Shown one piece after another: positions 1 to 15,100 of a stretch of DNA of 64,000 nt. How positions within the stretch are numbered: position 1 is the first letter of the stretch; the number at the start of each line of letters is the position of its first letter. The stretch is from Lingula anatina (lineage: Eukaryota; Animalia; Brachiopoda). The notes below the pieces were generated by a model, which was not told the DNA's origin, did not search any database, and saw only the letters and a program-made list of their open reading frames with translations. A program made the position numbers and the translations under genes. Location of the stretch: NCBI GenBank assembly GCA_051362555.1, contig CM120641.1, positions 28,092,401 to 28,156,400 on the forward strand, written 5' to 3'.

Positions 1-3000
1 GGTCAGTTCTAGTCATCATTTCTGGAAATGAGGCAATGTCTGTGCCAATTTCTGTGGAAACTTCCCTCTCTTCTTCAGCACATCCACGGATACAGACTGT
101 GCTCCAGCCTCCCTACGAATAATAAACATAACATTAAATAATCATGAGCTACTACATTAGAAATGCACTTTAATTGCATCTTTTGTGGTTCATCCGTCAG
201 GATCGACGAAGATCATCTAGTCATCCTATGAGTTAGTGATTTGCGTTATGTGTGTGGGGAGATGGCTGGTAAGGTCAATCTGCACTCGAAAGGATTTGCT
301 GCAGTGTGGGCAGGGATTGGTGGCTGCTGTCAAGGGCTTGCTGGTACTGCTTTTTCTGGGCAGTCTTTGAATCCATTTTGAATCTATAATTCTTAACACA
401 TTACATAAGCAAAAGCCCACTTAACAAAATTTCTTAATAATTAAATCACTACCTTTTTTTTTTTGCATTGGTTGATCGCAACAAAAGTAAGAAATGCTTT
501 TTGGTCAGTTATTAAAAATTGTCATTTTACTTAAAACTTGTAAAACAATGACCACCAATAGAAGTTTTGTAAGGTAACCAACACCAAGAAAAACTAATAT
601 ATTAATTTTTGGTGACACACTATCTTCTACCAAAATCTTGGAGGTAAAGCATTTTTCTGATTCTTTGACTGGGTTCTCATACCTAGATCAATCTAACAGG
701 ATTGATCCATCTCCCAGGGTTTTCTTGCTAAATTGCTTTCAGCTTAAGTGGCTTAGATGTCTGGCACGCCAGCTGAAGCTGCTAAACGATAATTACCCCC
801 TTAGCAGCCACAGTAGTAGGCTTGACAGACATCTAAGTCGCTTAATTTAGCGCAATGGATTGATCCCCAGTTAGTACGATGGGGTCTGGAAATGGTCCCC
901 TTGTTAACACAAGGGAAGGACTTTAATGTTGACAAAGCATAATCTTTGCCAATCCAGATTACATTGCTGCCTCTAGCTCTGCTGGCTATTGGCCCCATAG
1001 TTACCCCTATTCCTAGTTCCCAAGTACTGCCTCCAGGAAGATCAACTGTTATGCCTTTCCTCTTAGCAACAACTCCGTACACTGGACCACTGGGGGTATC
1101 AATCACATCGGCAACTATCCATACCTGCAATAGAGTAGAATAAAAAGCAATTAATAAAATATTCAGCAAACTACAGCATAAAATCCGTAACCTATAAATG
1201 CTAGAGACAAATATACAGAAAAACATTTACTCATATATGTGTGTAACAGGTTCATGAGTTTACAGAAGTGAGAATACATATTTCTTTCAGAAAATATACA
1301 TTCACTTTGAAGAGTTGGCCATTGTACTAATTACTGGGAGAATATATATACAAGATCCACCTGTAGACAAGACTTTGAGGCCATTCCCAGAGATTTAGAT
1401 TAATCTTACTAGATTGACCTAACTCCCTGGGGTTCATGCTAAATTGCAGTCAGCCGACCGCGCATGGAAGTTAATTACCCCCTTACAGCTTTTAGTAGGG
1501 GGGAAAGACATTTAAGCTGGCTAAGCTGACAGTAATCTAGTGAGACTCCCCACAGGAATAGATTGATCTAAAATCTCTGGGAATGCGCCCTTTGACTAAT
1601 TCCCATTTTGCAAGTACATGTAGAAAAGCCCATACAAAAACTAACAGATCTAGGCAACTGTCGAGCTAGCCCCCCCCCCCCCCCCTTTCCCAAAAACAAA
1701 AGCTTTTCAGTTCAATACTGTAATATGGAAAGCATACCTGGTCCTGTGGCCCAACTGACACCTGTTTGACTTTTCCACATACTCTAATCCAACACACACC
1801 CTCTGGATAAGTTGGAGTAATGTCTTTACGATACCAAAGACCATCTAAATTGTAAGATATTCACATTCAGTGAAGAGAAGTCTTTTCTGCATCACCATGA
1901 TAACTTATCTGCAGAGACTTGGTAGATACTGTTTATTTCTTACACTTGAAATAATGACAAAGTATAAAAGTTACTATCAAATCTATCACCATAATTGACG
2001 TCATCATCTTTTAACCATATACCACAGTTACTATCTCAAATAACATAAGTAATGCGTCATTGAAAATGTCAGACCAAAAATGGCGAAAAATATGGGTTAA
2101 TCAATCCATAGCAAAATCTACGTACACTTATCATCCACAGCCCAAACTGCAGTTTTTCCAGCTGCTACTTGGTGCATGCGGAAGCCGTGAGGTGGGGGTG
2201 TCACATGGAACCAACGTGTGCCTGGAACAAATAAAAGCATTACAATAGCAAAAGAACTAAATGGCTGTATTATTAAACATTCAAATCTATTGATATCAGA
2301 GTGGGAAGGGTCAAACTTCTTTTAAAGAGGAGAGGGGGGGGATGCTCAAATGAAAAAGTTACATTTTAAAATGGTTGTAATAGATAATTTAATATACTAG
2401 CCTTAAAAAAATTATAGCAGGCCCTGAAAAAGCTAAACATAACATCAAATTAAGTAACACTTCTCTTTATTGTCTACACCTACCAAGAGGACACTGTGGA
2501 GATACACCATTCCTAAACCAGATAGAACTATCCTTTGCTATGGCCCAAACTCTGTACCAGCCACCCACACTGATAGACTGGAAAGGTTGATCAGTGGGCA
2601 CATGCTGCCAATGGGTGCCCTGTGAAACAGAGAAAATAATCATATTCAGTTTCTTCTCCCTTGAGTACTCTGCTGAAAAATTTCGCTTATCTGTTGACAA
2701 TAAGGGCCAAGTGGAGTGATGGAGAAATATTTGTGGGTTATTGGCAAGGGAATAGGTCATTAAATGCCCTGTTAAAAAGAAAAAGCTGCCTATCAAAAGC
2801 AGTGGGTTAAGAAAGAATATTTACATAAAAAATAAGTTTGAAGGCACGTCTTTTGTTGAGAAGTTACATCTGCAATAAACAGCATTAAATCAATACATGA
2901 ACTTTGCTTTCCTCTTGATTACTATTAAAAATTTTTGAGTATTTTGTCTTGAAGAAACAGTTATCACTCAGGGGGATTATATCTTCTGCTTGCCTGACAA

Positions 3001-6000
3001 AATGCTAATGCCACTTTTTCTTCTTATATATTTCTAAATAATTCAGATACAAAAAATATATATATCAAAATCAGACTCACTTGTGGACATTGTTTGGTTA
3101 CTCCTAGCCTGCACATAACATCTCCATTGCTCCCCACTGCCCACACAGCAGCAGCAAGGCCACTGTCTTCTTCATAATCAATCTGAATGGAGATATCTTG
3201 AAGAGGAAGTGGCTCCACTTCTTCCCAGGGCCCACTGCTCAGTATCTTGCACTTCCTGAAAATGAAATACTCTTTATTAGATTTCAGACCTTATTAATTA
3301 CGATTTCAAAAGTACAGCTACATGGGGCATTTCAAAAAATAATTTTCAAAGTTAAGAACTTAAATCTTATTATCCGAAGAGTGCATGATGCAACTGGAAT
3401 TACATCTTTAAGTTCCAGATAAACTCTCATGATTAAACTGAACACCCAGGTACAGCACATTCTAATACAGTTATTCAGATATAAGTGAAAGAATTATTTG
3501 CCTTCCCCATCTTCTTCTCCTGACAGAGTCCCTCCACCTTTTTTCACCTTGATAGTACCTGCATTGTAAAAAGAAACGTAAAATGAAACAGAATATTTCT
3601 TTGACAAAATCTTTTTATGCTGTACCACATCATAACTTTTAATGATTTCATTTTTCAACTGACTGTTGACTCAGCATCCGATCTATTCCTCTGAATTCCC
3701 CATATCTGACAACTGCTTGTTTACAAAATGGTATAATCTTTAGATTATATTAATTTTATTATCCAACAACAATGCAATCATTTTCATCAAACTAACAATA
3801 CCAATATTCAAATTTTTACAATCTAAAACTTTGTTCAAAAGATAAATCATCAAAAATACATCACAGCACAGGTTTAAACTTATCCGCATTGACAATCTGC
3901 CTAGACAAGATGCCAGTTGAGATTCTAATTGGGATTTCACTTCAAAATATTGACATCCACATAACATGCAACTTACATGTGATAATCATGCGCATACTGC
4001 CATCCTTCCTTATCAGTGCCACCTTGGGGAGTGTAGTCAATCATCCAATCAGAAATCTAAAGTGATAATTGTCAAAATGTACCAACAATGTTTTATAAGT
4101 TAGCTGCATGCCAGTGAATATGATTTCTAGTAATATGCTGTGATGGGGTGTATTGCAGTGTAGAGCAGTGCAGTATAGTATATTATAGTTTAGTGAAATT
4201 AACTACTGTTCACAGGCCCGTAGCCAGGGGGGGTTAGGGGGTTCGAAAGAACCACCCCTTTTGCTGGGAAAAGGTCCACACAAGGTAAAGTTTGATCAAG
4301 GTACATTTTTATGGGAAAAGGTCCACTTTTTCAGAAAAAGAACCCCCCTTTTGAAATTGCTGGCTATGGGCCTGGTTCATTAGCTGCATTAGAGATAACA
4401 AATTTTTGGAGACAGGAAATGAAACATTTGGTCTCAGAGTCCTATTCGTTTTTTCATAGTGGCTGAAAATGCCTAGTTGGTTTAATTTAAAAACAAGGCA
4501 GCAAAGCTGTCAAATGTACAGACAAAGAACAGAAAATAAAGATGCAAATAAGTGAAAAATTAAATTTTCACAAAAAACTGTTAAATTGCCAGAAAAATTT
4601 ACCAAACAGACTGCGTTGCCTATTGAAGCTGTATGTTAGACCCATGTTTCTTTCCTGTAAGTTTGAGAACAGTAAGTGACATGATTTCCCTTAAATGGTC
4701 ATCATAGGAGCAGTGCCCAAAATAGGGGTTTCTTCAAATTTTGATGCAAAATTACATAATGTTTAACAGCATAATGACAATCAACTGTTATTAATAAAAT
4801 ATTAGTAACATGGACATTCAGAAAATGTGACAAGCAAAAGTCTTCAAGATCATGGAACTTTAAAGTCACACCTTGAAAATGCCAATATGTGAAAAATTAA
4901 ATTTTCACAAAAAAACAGTTTAACTGCCTAAATAAATAAATAAATAAATAAAAATACCAAACAGACTGCATTGCCTACTGAAGCTGTTTTTTAGTCCCAT
5001 GTTTCTTTCCTGTAAGTTTGAGAACAGTAAGTGACATGATTTTCCTTAAATGGTCATCATGGAAGCAGTGCCCAAAATAGGGGTTTCTTCAAATTTTGAT
5101 GCAATATTACATAATGTTTAACAGCTTAATGACCATCAATTTTTAATTATAAAATATTTGTTTCACAGATATTCAGAAAATGTGACTAGCAAAGGTCTTC
5201 AGGCCCATGGAACTTCAAAGTCACGCCTTGAAAATGCCAAAATGTAAACAAGACAGCACTGTTCTGAAATGGGTTTATTTCCATTTTTAACACTTTTTTA
5301 ACATAAAACAAAATAAATATTTTACTGCCATTTTATATGACCAACTAAGAAAATTGATGAGATGGGAAAAGTATCAATAGAACAGTGTTAAATGTCCAAT
5401 TTCCTCCATTCTGAGATTCTGAACATAGTGGATGATTGAATCTGACAAACTGCAATGATATGAGTTTATTTCCATTTTTGACACTTTATTACACAATACA
5501 TGATAACAAGTTTACCATGTTTTTTACATAATCAACTAACAATGTTGTAAAGATGCAGGAAATATCAAACAAACACTTTTAGGCATCTTATTAGTTAAAT
5601 AATGAGACTGTTAACATGCCTAATAATTGAATCTGAGGAAATGTGAAAAACAGTATAACTTCTAAAATAATGGCCTGATTATGCTGATTTTCGAACTCAA
5701 CCTGCGTTTTAGTAAGATTGACCACTCCTGTGAGTATGATTACAATTGGCCAATCCGTTTTTCTTATATTGTGTTATCAGTGTTGTATTTATATTGAAAA
5801 TAGTGAAAAAAACAGCATAAATTCCCTAAAAATGGCCCAATCATGCTGATTTTCGAACTTGACCTGCGTATTATGAATATTCATCAGTTCTGTAAGTTTC
5901 AAGTCAAAAGGTAAAATGGTTTTCCACTTATCGTGTTATCGGTGCTGCATATATGCTGAAAAAAGTGAAAAAACAGCATAAATTCCCTAAAAGTGACCCG

Positions 6001-9000
6001 ATCATGCTGATTTTCGAACTTGACCTGCGTATTATGAATATTCATCAGTTCTGTAAGTTTCAAGGCAAAAGGTAAAATGGTTTTCCACTTATGGTGTTAT
6101 CGGTGCTGCATATATGCTGAAAAAAGTGAAAATACAGCATAAATTCCCTAAAAGTGACCCGATCATGCTGATTTTCGAACTTGACCTGCGTATTATGAAT
6201 ATTCAACAGTTCTGCAAGTTTCAAGTCAAAAGGTAAAATGGTTTTCCACTTATCGTGTTATCGGTAAAAGTGCACGGCGACGACGGCGACGACGGCACCG
6301 ACGGCGACGACGGCGACGACAGACGCAGATGATGGCAATATGTACAGACACATCTGTGTCTGTACATAAAAAGGAGTGATTCTAGCTTACCCACTGCCAG
6401 TGTACAGATGGTAACTTGGTATTCTCTTTGGTGCATTCTTCACGTCCTGAGATGTCACTCCATGTGGGTCGGCCTATTGGGAGAGCTCTGTAAATCAGAT
6501 ACATGATATTTAATATTCAATTGTTTCCAAGCATATTGTTTTCTTTCATGATGAAATTTAGAAGCATTTCACTTGATGGCTCAAAAATGTCTGAAAATAA
6601 TTTATCTATCACATATATAAACATCTTCATTCAACCAATGTCATCTTAATGTAACAAGTAATATGGAAAGTTCAATGATGGTCATCAAAGCAACATTCAT
6701 GCTGTGTCCTCTTTTCAAGAGGCCCATGGTCTTCCAATGAAATTCAGTTTCTATATGTCATTGTCAAATGGCTCTTTGGTCTGACACACAATTTCTTACT
6801 TGTATGAAAAGCCGGTCACCGGGTTCCACCTTTGATTTTCATACACGTATATACTCCTTATGTCTGTCATGGAGTTGATCTTATCAAGGTCGCTGTTCAG
6901 ACCTGAAAATAACTCAATTTCCCTCAAAGTGTTCTTTCCAGTAAATAAAATGTACTAAGTTTAAGCAGAGAAATAATTAGTACAAGTGAATTTCTAACCA
7001 AAAAATCGAATTTAAGTGTCCCACTGTACAGTAAGACATCTAAATGCAGACCAAAATTTGTGCAAAGGAATTTCTTACCAAAAATAAAATTAAGTGATCC
7101 ACTGTGCAAAAAGATGTCTTCACAAAATGAATAAATAAATAAACATAAAAAATCCAAATGTTCAGAATTAAACTCTTTACAGATGGTTCATACCTTTAAA
7201 AAGTCCCCCTCCATAGCCTCCATTGTACACCCAAGCTGTGTGGTCATAGCCAAGGCCCCACACTATACCAGACCTGTTGCTCTCCACTTTTTCAAGATGG
7301 CCTCCAAGCTGATACCAAAAGCTACAGAAAACAGTAGATAAATGAAAGTTTTGTTCAATATTTCTTAAAAGAATGAACTTGAATAGTAATTATTGGCTAA
7401 AAACTGGAGACAGTTCACAATTGTAACATTTAATGATAAAGTGAGTCTTTGCAGTAGTAACTTAGATGACGCAGCAAAAAAAAAAAAAAAACTATAATAC
7501 CTCACATGTGCAAAGTAACCAAAATACAATGTCAAACTTACCACATATTACATTACATTACATTAAAAAACATACATTTCATTGGCAGGGATGTCCCCCA
7601 GGTTTGGTATAGGGCTATGGACAAACACATCTCCCAGTGCTGTTGTAGACCATGCAGCTCTCTCGTGTACAGGACCTTTTATTCCACGCAGTTTACAGCA
7701 GGCCTGGCTGATTGAAGACACCTGTAAATACCCATATTAAAATAACAAAAAGTACCAGAGTCTGAATATAAGTGTGGTGTGACTGAAATGTGTCAAGAAA
7801 AGAACAGGTTAGGTAAGAGAATAAATGTTTTAACCTTAGCATGACAGAATCATGTTCTTTTTACAAATACCTGAAGTAAAGAACATCCGATTCATAATTA
7901 ATATCTACCATCAAAAACAGTGATATTTTTTTCTTAATTCACAAAATCAAAGTCATAAACCTTCATACAGTAACATTTTAATGCTATATTTCAGACAGAC
8001 AGACAGATAGATACCCAGTCTTCTTCTTCCTCTTCTGTTGGTGTTGATAATTTTAGTGCCATATTTTTTCTTAATCTTGGTGTTGTGAAAATTCCAAACA
8101 CTGACTTGTTACTTGGGTCCTTAACTTCCACTACACACACTATCTCTGACAGCTGCAGCTGTATGTGCTGAGGAGGCAAAAGATTTCACATTAGAAAAAC
8201 GTATAAAACACAACAAATTCCCTGTTCAAAATATAATACTTTCAACTAAATCAAAATTAAGTACGGTTTTTGCTTGCATAGTATCTTTGCTTGAACACTT
8301 CAAGATGCTTCATTCCATTTCAGTATAAAAATGCCAAGACATTATTTTTATTGTGAGAATAAATATCCTACTTGTTGCAATTAAATGACTTCATCAATAT
8401 CATATGTCAGAGAGAGCAAGGCTTAAAAGTAATACCTGAAAGCTCACAGGAAAAAACTTTTTCAGAATTTTGAGTTGTGGGTATCAGTTTTAATATTTTG
8501 AAATCAAAATATCTTACTTTCTGTACTTTCTTGTGCTCATAGTGTATTGTCAAAGTTCCCTCTTTCTCTATGGACCCTTGCTCTAATTCCAGCCCACAGT
8601 CAATCCACTTGCATGGCTTATGCTCCCTCCACCACTGCATCTTGCCTTTCTTGACCCATGTTGTCTGCAAAAAGACAAATATAAGTGATATATTTTTCCT
8701 TTTACTTTTATTACATATTGCTTTACTCTGAAAACCTTGGAATTCATAAACAATTTATTTTCTTTATTTCCCTATTCCTGCTTATCTTTATAGATATTAA
8801 TAAGAATCGCTATATGAACATAAATTATGAATCTGGTGATGTTTTATAAATATATAAAGAATCAAAATATGTATTATCAAAATAAATGAAAAGTAAGCAT
8901 ACCATCTGACAATAAGCAAAAGAAAACAACAGCAAAATTGTACAATTTCAGCAGAGGAAGATTTACTGTAGATATATGCACTACTGAAAAGGAAATAATG

Positions 9001-12000
9001 CACAATGACAATTGCTTACACCACATGCCCTCTAAACACCTCCTCAAAACAGTCAGTGCTTTGCACTATATCTCAAACCATGTAAGTACATGCAATCTTG
9101 CTAATGTGTGCTTTTGTTGTGTACCTAGAACCTACCCTTTCAATAGCCTGCTCATAATGCTGAAACTTGGATAACTCGCGTAGGTTTCTGACATGTAACT
9201 GGTTCAGTAGAATTTTTCTCCACTTGTCACTGCCAAAAGTGGTGACGGAAGACTTTTTTGGTTTGTCAAAATCTAAATTTAAAAAAATGACAATTATCAA
9301 AATGCTCTTATAAACAATTCATCAGAAGCATATAGCTATATCAGCATTTTTTATGGACAAAAATATAATGGAAAATAATTATTGTTAATACAGGCGCAGA
9401 TCCAGGATTATTTTGGCGTGGGGTTCAGGTCCTGCTTAAGGGCCCCGAAAAAATGTTATTTTAGAGGGTGAATGGTGCTATTTGGTATGGTTTAGAAATA
9501 TGATTCAGCTAGTCAAAATTATAATTTCAAGAGGGGACCACTGGTGTGACTTATTTTTAGAAATCGAAGGGACCCCCCCTGACCCCCCCCCCCCCCCCCT
9601 CTAAATCTGCCACTGTTAATATATCCCATCCTTACCAAATTCTGATGAAAACCACAGAGGGGTTGACATCACATCAATGTTGCAAGCCATACCACTGACA
9701 GCTGTGAAGAGAGGTTCTCCTGTAAAGTCAGACTGGGTAAGGACCATAAAGTCGCAGCTTAATGAGTCAATGTCATAATGATGTTCTTGTAAAGATTTAA
9801 TATTCTGCAAAGTTGGTAAATTGGAGGAGGAATCTGCAGTCCTATGGTCAGTAGTGTCGAGTTCAATATTTTTCTTACAAGAAGCATCCAAATTTGTTTG
9901 ACCATCACCACTGCCTATGATTTCCCTTTGATTTTTCTTCTCTTCATTTGAGGTGGCTCTAAGGCTTTTTTCTGTGTCTTGGTCACTCTCCAGTTCCACG
10001 TCATAAACAAAATCAATTATTGAATCTGAAGCTGAAAGGTCATAACTGTTCTGTCTCTCAAAAATTGAAAATTTAAATGTACCATCATTTTCAGAATTAT
10101 AGTTGGTATTGTCCTCTGTATTGCACCTTAGTGTTTTTCCTACATCCACAGTATCCATCTTGCTTCCTATATCTACAGTCTCTGTCTTGCTTTCTTTTGG
10201 CACTTGCTGGTCATTAATTTCAAAATCCTTAAATTTCGGGACTGTTTCTAAGGCTTCCTTGAGAACATTCCCTGTATTCATATTGTTTGTATTTTTAGAA
10301 TCACAGTCTGGTTCAGCATTCCAGTCATTATGAGATGATTCCTTTTCTTTGCCATTATCAATCAGATCACTGTGCTGTTTACCACGAATTTCATCATTTT
10401 TCTTGTGTATTGATCTATCATCAGTGATAAATGAGTCCTTTCCTGGATTAAGAGGATCAGTTGTATAACTGGCTGAGCAAGTGTAGGTGGCATCAAAGGA
10501 AGCAACACTGGAGTAACTGCTGCATGAATCTATAGTTTTTCCTGCTTTCAAACTGATTGCCTTCCATGTTTTCCCTCCAAGGTTGGATGGTGTCACACCC
10601 AGTCTATAATATATAAGCCTGTCGTTGAGGCCTATTCCCCACACCTGAAGGCAATAAGGTTCCATTTGTTAGTGTTACAGCAACATTTGACATTCATTTT
10701 TTAATATTTAGTGAGGTACGTGTCTTTATTTGGATAAAAATGGGATTTATAATCCATTTCATAGAGTAAAATGGATAAAATATGTAACTGAACTGCCTAC
10801 TAGTACCCAAGTTTCATTCCCTTCCATGTGTCTTAACTGTAAAACAATAAATCAACATGTCTGCAGCATTATCTCGGGAAGAAGGAGACATAAGCAAACA
10901 TAAATCAAAAAGTTCTTCAAAAATGCAGTCCATATATCATTATCTCTATTCTAACATCATTTGCTGCACTTAATATTACTCTCTTACCTGATCGTTGAGT
11001 CCCACAGACAACATGGACATCTCTCCTACCATCTCTATCCAACCTGAACCTGTCACTGACTCCTGGTCACTACTGCTGCCAACTACTCCACGACGAAACC
11101 ATATCTGGTGGCAAATAATACATAAATATGCTTTAATAATAATAATAATAATAAATTCTTAGTGGCAAATTCCATGAAAAACCTTTTGTGTCTCACATAA
11201 TATTGATATATATTTTGCAGTAAAGATGCATATTCTGAAATCTGATCAACAATTGTAAACTGATTTATTTACAAATTTTCAGACTTTTTTCATTCAGACA
11301 CATGGCTTTTATAACACAGAGGCTGCTCCACTGACAGCAACAGCTGCAGAGTTAACATTGAAACCATCTATATAAAATGAATTAATAAGTACTTTTATAA
11401 ATTTAAAAAAAAACAGAATTCAAGAAATCTGCTAAAGAAGATGGATATCTAGTATGTATTCAATTATAGTTCATTTCTGGCTCACCTTTCCATCTCTGGA
11501 GATAGCCCAGACAGCATTCACTCCCACAGACACTTGTAAAAAGGTCACCTCATTGCTTGGGGCTTCCACTTTAACCCAGTGTGTTCCTTATAAGTTAAAA
11601 CAATAAAAAGAAATGGTAAAAGAACTCACCATATCTGTAAAAGTAAATCTACAAAAATTATGTCAAGCTCAAAAATTGTAAACAAATGAAAACAATTACA
11701 AGTTATGTTCACTATTTTATCCCATCAGAAGTTTTAAGTTTTAATTAAAACTCATAGTTAAAATGTTTATCAGTAATTCATTGTATTTATAGCTAAAACA
11801 TTTTAATTAACATACATATGTTTATTTTAACAGCTTGTGACAGGAATAAATTTTATAGTATATTCTATATATTAACTAAATGGATTATTATTGTTATTAT
11901 TATTATTTTATTATAATTAAAATAATAATAATTATTATCATTAACAGTCAGCAGTGTTAGTCTTACGCCTGCAGCCAGTAAAATTTTCCTTGGACCAGCA

Positions 12001-12040
12001 GATTTTTTAGAATAATTAAATGAAATGGTCCAACATGACC

Positions 12041-12104
<64 letters not shown>

Positions 12105-15100
12105 ATAACATTGTCCCAGGTCACGCCCATCCTCACTAATGCATTTCCATACCATGTAGTTATCCATACATGCCCCATGGGACCCACAGACACAGCTATC
12201 ACTTCTAGATCTTCTCCTATTGAGATTTCCTGCCAGTTTTGTCCCTCAGGACAATCTCTTGTGACATTTGTCCTGAAGTATACCTGCTTAAAAAAAGTTG
12301 GGAAAAACTTACATTTTAAAACGTAAAAAAATAAACTGTAGGTTATCATATTAATTGTAGTTAATTTTTCATGATGATACTTTTGAACAGTGACACTTGC
12401 ATTGAAAAAGTCCAAAACGGGGCCTTTTGGCATTTGTTCCACTGAACGGTAAAATATCTTAAATTAATATGTCCATATTATAAATAATCTCTACTAATTT
12501 AGAGTAAACTTACATTGTTTATTTATTTATCGATTGATTTTTGTTGTTGAAAACTATCAATTTGAAAGTAATTTAATATTAACCACCTTTCCAGAGTCAG
12601 TGATAGCCCATACACACAACTGCCCCAGGGATTGATTTGGCATGTCCTGGCCACCAACTGCTACATCTGCAAATGATGAACCTGAAGATTCACTAGAGAC
12701 ACCAGGTATCTGTAAGTTAAAGATAAAAAATTGGGGGAAAATATCAATGATAATCATTAAACTATGACTGTAATTATGCAGCATTAGAAAACGTGAAAGA
12801 AAGATGATCTGATGCCTTTTGAAACAGGTATCGTTTCTTTTTTTTCTTTTTTTGCAACAAAAACTAGCAGATCATCTTTCTCCAATGAATATCATACTTC
12901 ATAGTTGAAAATTCACATAATTTTATATGCATATATATGATCTTTATAAAACTAGAGGATCAGAGAGGCGATACCGCCTCCAAATATTGTACCACCAGCT
13001 GGAGCAAGCGCATTCGTATAGACCCCCACTTACACAAAATAAGGGACACAGCCACCAGTTTTGTGCTTGACAAGCTGTAAAAATGCAATCAACAAGAATT
13101 TTTAAACTATTGCAAAAAATATATATGGTACAATCAAATTTAAGTTCTTCGTAAGGTAGGTCAAGGGTCAATTTCAAGGTCACAGTAAATTGCCAGTATA
13201 TGACTTCCTATTCAAGTTCAAGAGTAACTATGGACCTATCTCTGTCAAGTTTGAAGTTAAAAGAGAAAGAAATTAGCAGAGTTCAGTTCATGATAATAAG
13301 TAGGTCAAAGGTCATTTTCAAGGTCACACTTAGATTGCCAGTATAGGACTTCCTATTCAACTTCAATAGTAACTATGGACCTATCTCTGCCAGTTTTGGA
13401 GATAAAAGAGAAGCAAAATTTGCAAAATTCAGTTCATGGTGAAAAGTAGGTCAAAGGTCAATTTCAAGGTCACATTTAGATTGCCAGTATATGACTTTCT
13501 ATTCAAGTTCAATAGTAACTATGGACCTATCTCTGCCAGTTTTGGAGATAAAAGGGAAGCAAAATTTGCAAAGTTCAGTTTATGGTGAAAAGTAGGACAA
13601 AGGTCAATTTTAATGTCACATTTATAATGCCAGTATATGACTTCCTATTCAACTTCAATAATAACTATGGACCTATCTCTGCCAGTTTTGGAGATAAAAG
13701 GGAAGCAAATTTTGCAAAGTTCAGTTTATGGTGAAAAGTAGGTCAAAGGGCAATTTTAAGGTCACATTTAGATTGCCAGTATATGACTTCCTATTCAAGT
13801 TCAATAGTAACTATGGACCTATCTCTGCCAGTTTTGGAGATAAAAGGGAAGCAAAATTTGCAAAATTCAGTTCATGGTGTAAAGTAGGTCAAAGGTCAAT
13901 TTTAAGGTCACATTTAGATTGCCAGTATATGACTTCCTTTTCAAGTTCAATAGTAACTATGGACCTATCTCTGCCAGTTTTGGAGATAAAAGGGAAGAAA
14001 AGTTTGCAAAGTTCAGTTCATGGTGAAAAGTAGGTCAAAGGTCAATTTCAAGGTCACATTTAGATTGCCAGTATATGACTTCCTATTCAAGTTCAATAGT
14101 AACTATGGACCTATCTTTACCAGTTTTGGAGATAAAAGGGAAGCAAAATTTGCAAAGTTCAGTTTATGGTGAAAAGTAGGTCAAAGGTCAATTTTAAGGT
14201 CACATTTAGATTGCCAGTATATGACTTCCTATTCAAGTTCAATAGTAACTACGGACCTATCTCAGCCAGTTTTGGAGATAGAAGGAAAGCAAAATTTGCA
14301 AAATTCAGTTCATGGTGTAAAGTAGGTCAAAGGTCAATTTTAAGGTCACATTTAGATTGCCAGTATATGACTTCCTATTCAACTTCAATAGAAACTATGG
14401 ACCTATCTCTGCCAGTTTTGGAGATAAAAGGGAAGAAAAATTTGCAAAGTTCAGTTCATGGTGAAAAGTAGGTCAAAGGTCAATTTTAAGGTCACATTTA
14501 GATTGCCAGTATATGACTTCCTATTCAAGTTCAATAGTAACTATGGACCTATTTCTGCCAGTTTTGGAGATAAAAGGGAAGCAAATTTTGCAAAGTTCAG
14601 TTTATGGTGAAAAGTAGGTCAAAGGTCAATTTTAAGGTCACATTTAGATTGCCAGTATATGACTTCTTATTCAACTTCAATAGTAACTATGGACCTATCT
14701 CTGCCAGTTTTGGAGATAAAAGGAAAGCAAAATTTGCAAAATTCAGTTCATGGTGAAAAGTAGGTCAAAGGTCAATTTTAATGTCACATATAGATTGCCA
14801 GTATATGACTTCCTATTCAAGTTCAATAGTAACTACGGACCTATCTCTGACAGTTTTGGAGATAAAAGGGAAGCAAAATTTGCAAAATTCAGTTCATGGT
14901 GTAAAGTAGGTCAAAGGTCAATTTTAAGGTCACATTTAGATTGCCAGTATATGACTTCCTTTTCAAGTTCAATAGTAACTATGGACCTATCTCTGCCAGT
15001 TTTGGAGATAAAAGGGAAGAAAAATTTGCAAAGTTCAGTTCATGGTGAAAAGTAGGTCAAAGGTCAATTTCAAGGTCATAGTAAGATTGCCAGTATATGA

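Larger units (their letters stand above)
4489..6372 (-). mobile_element. Helentron-associated interspersed element (HINE) family 2
   Basis: Subterminal repeat atgtacagaca at 4514 with inverted partner in hairpin atgtacagaca-catctg-tgtctgtacat (6340-6367); terminal hairpin ggcagc-aaa-gctgtc (4497-4511); (gacggcgac)n microsatellite 6273-6320; internal tandem arrays; A/T-run flanks. Confidence 0.75.
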
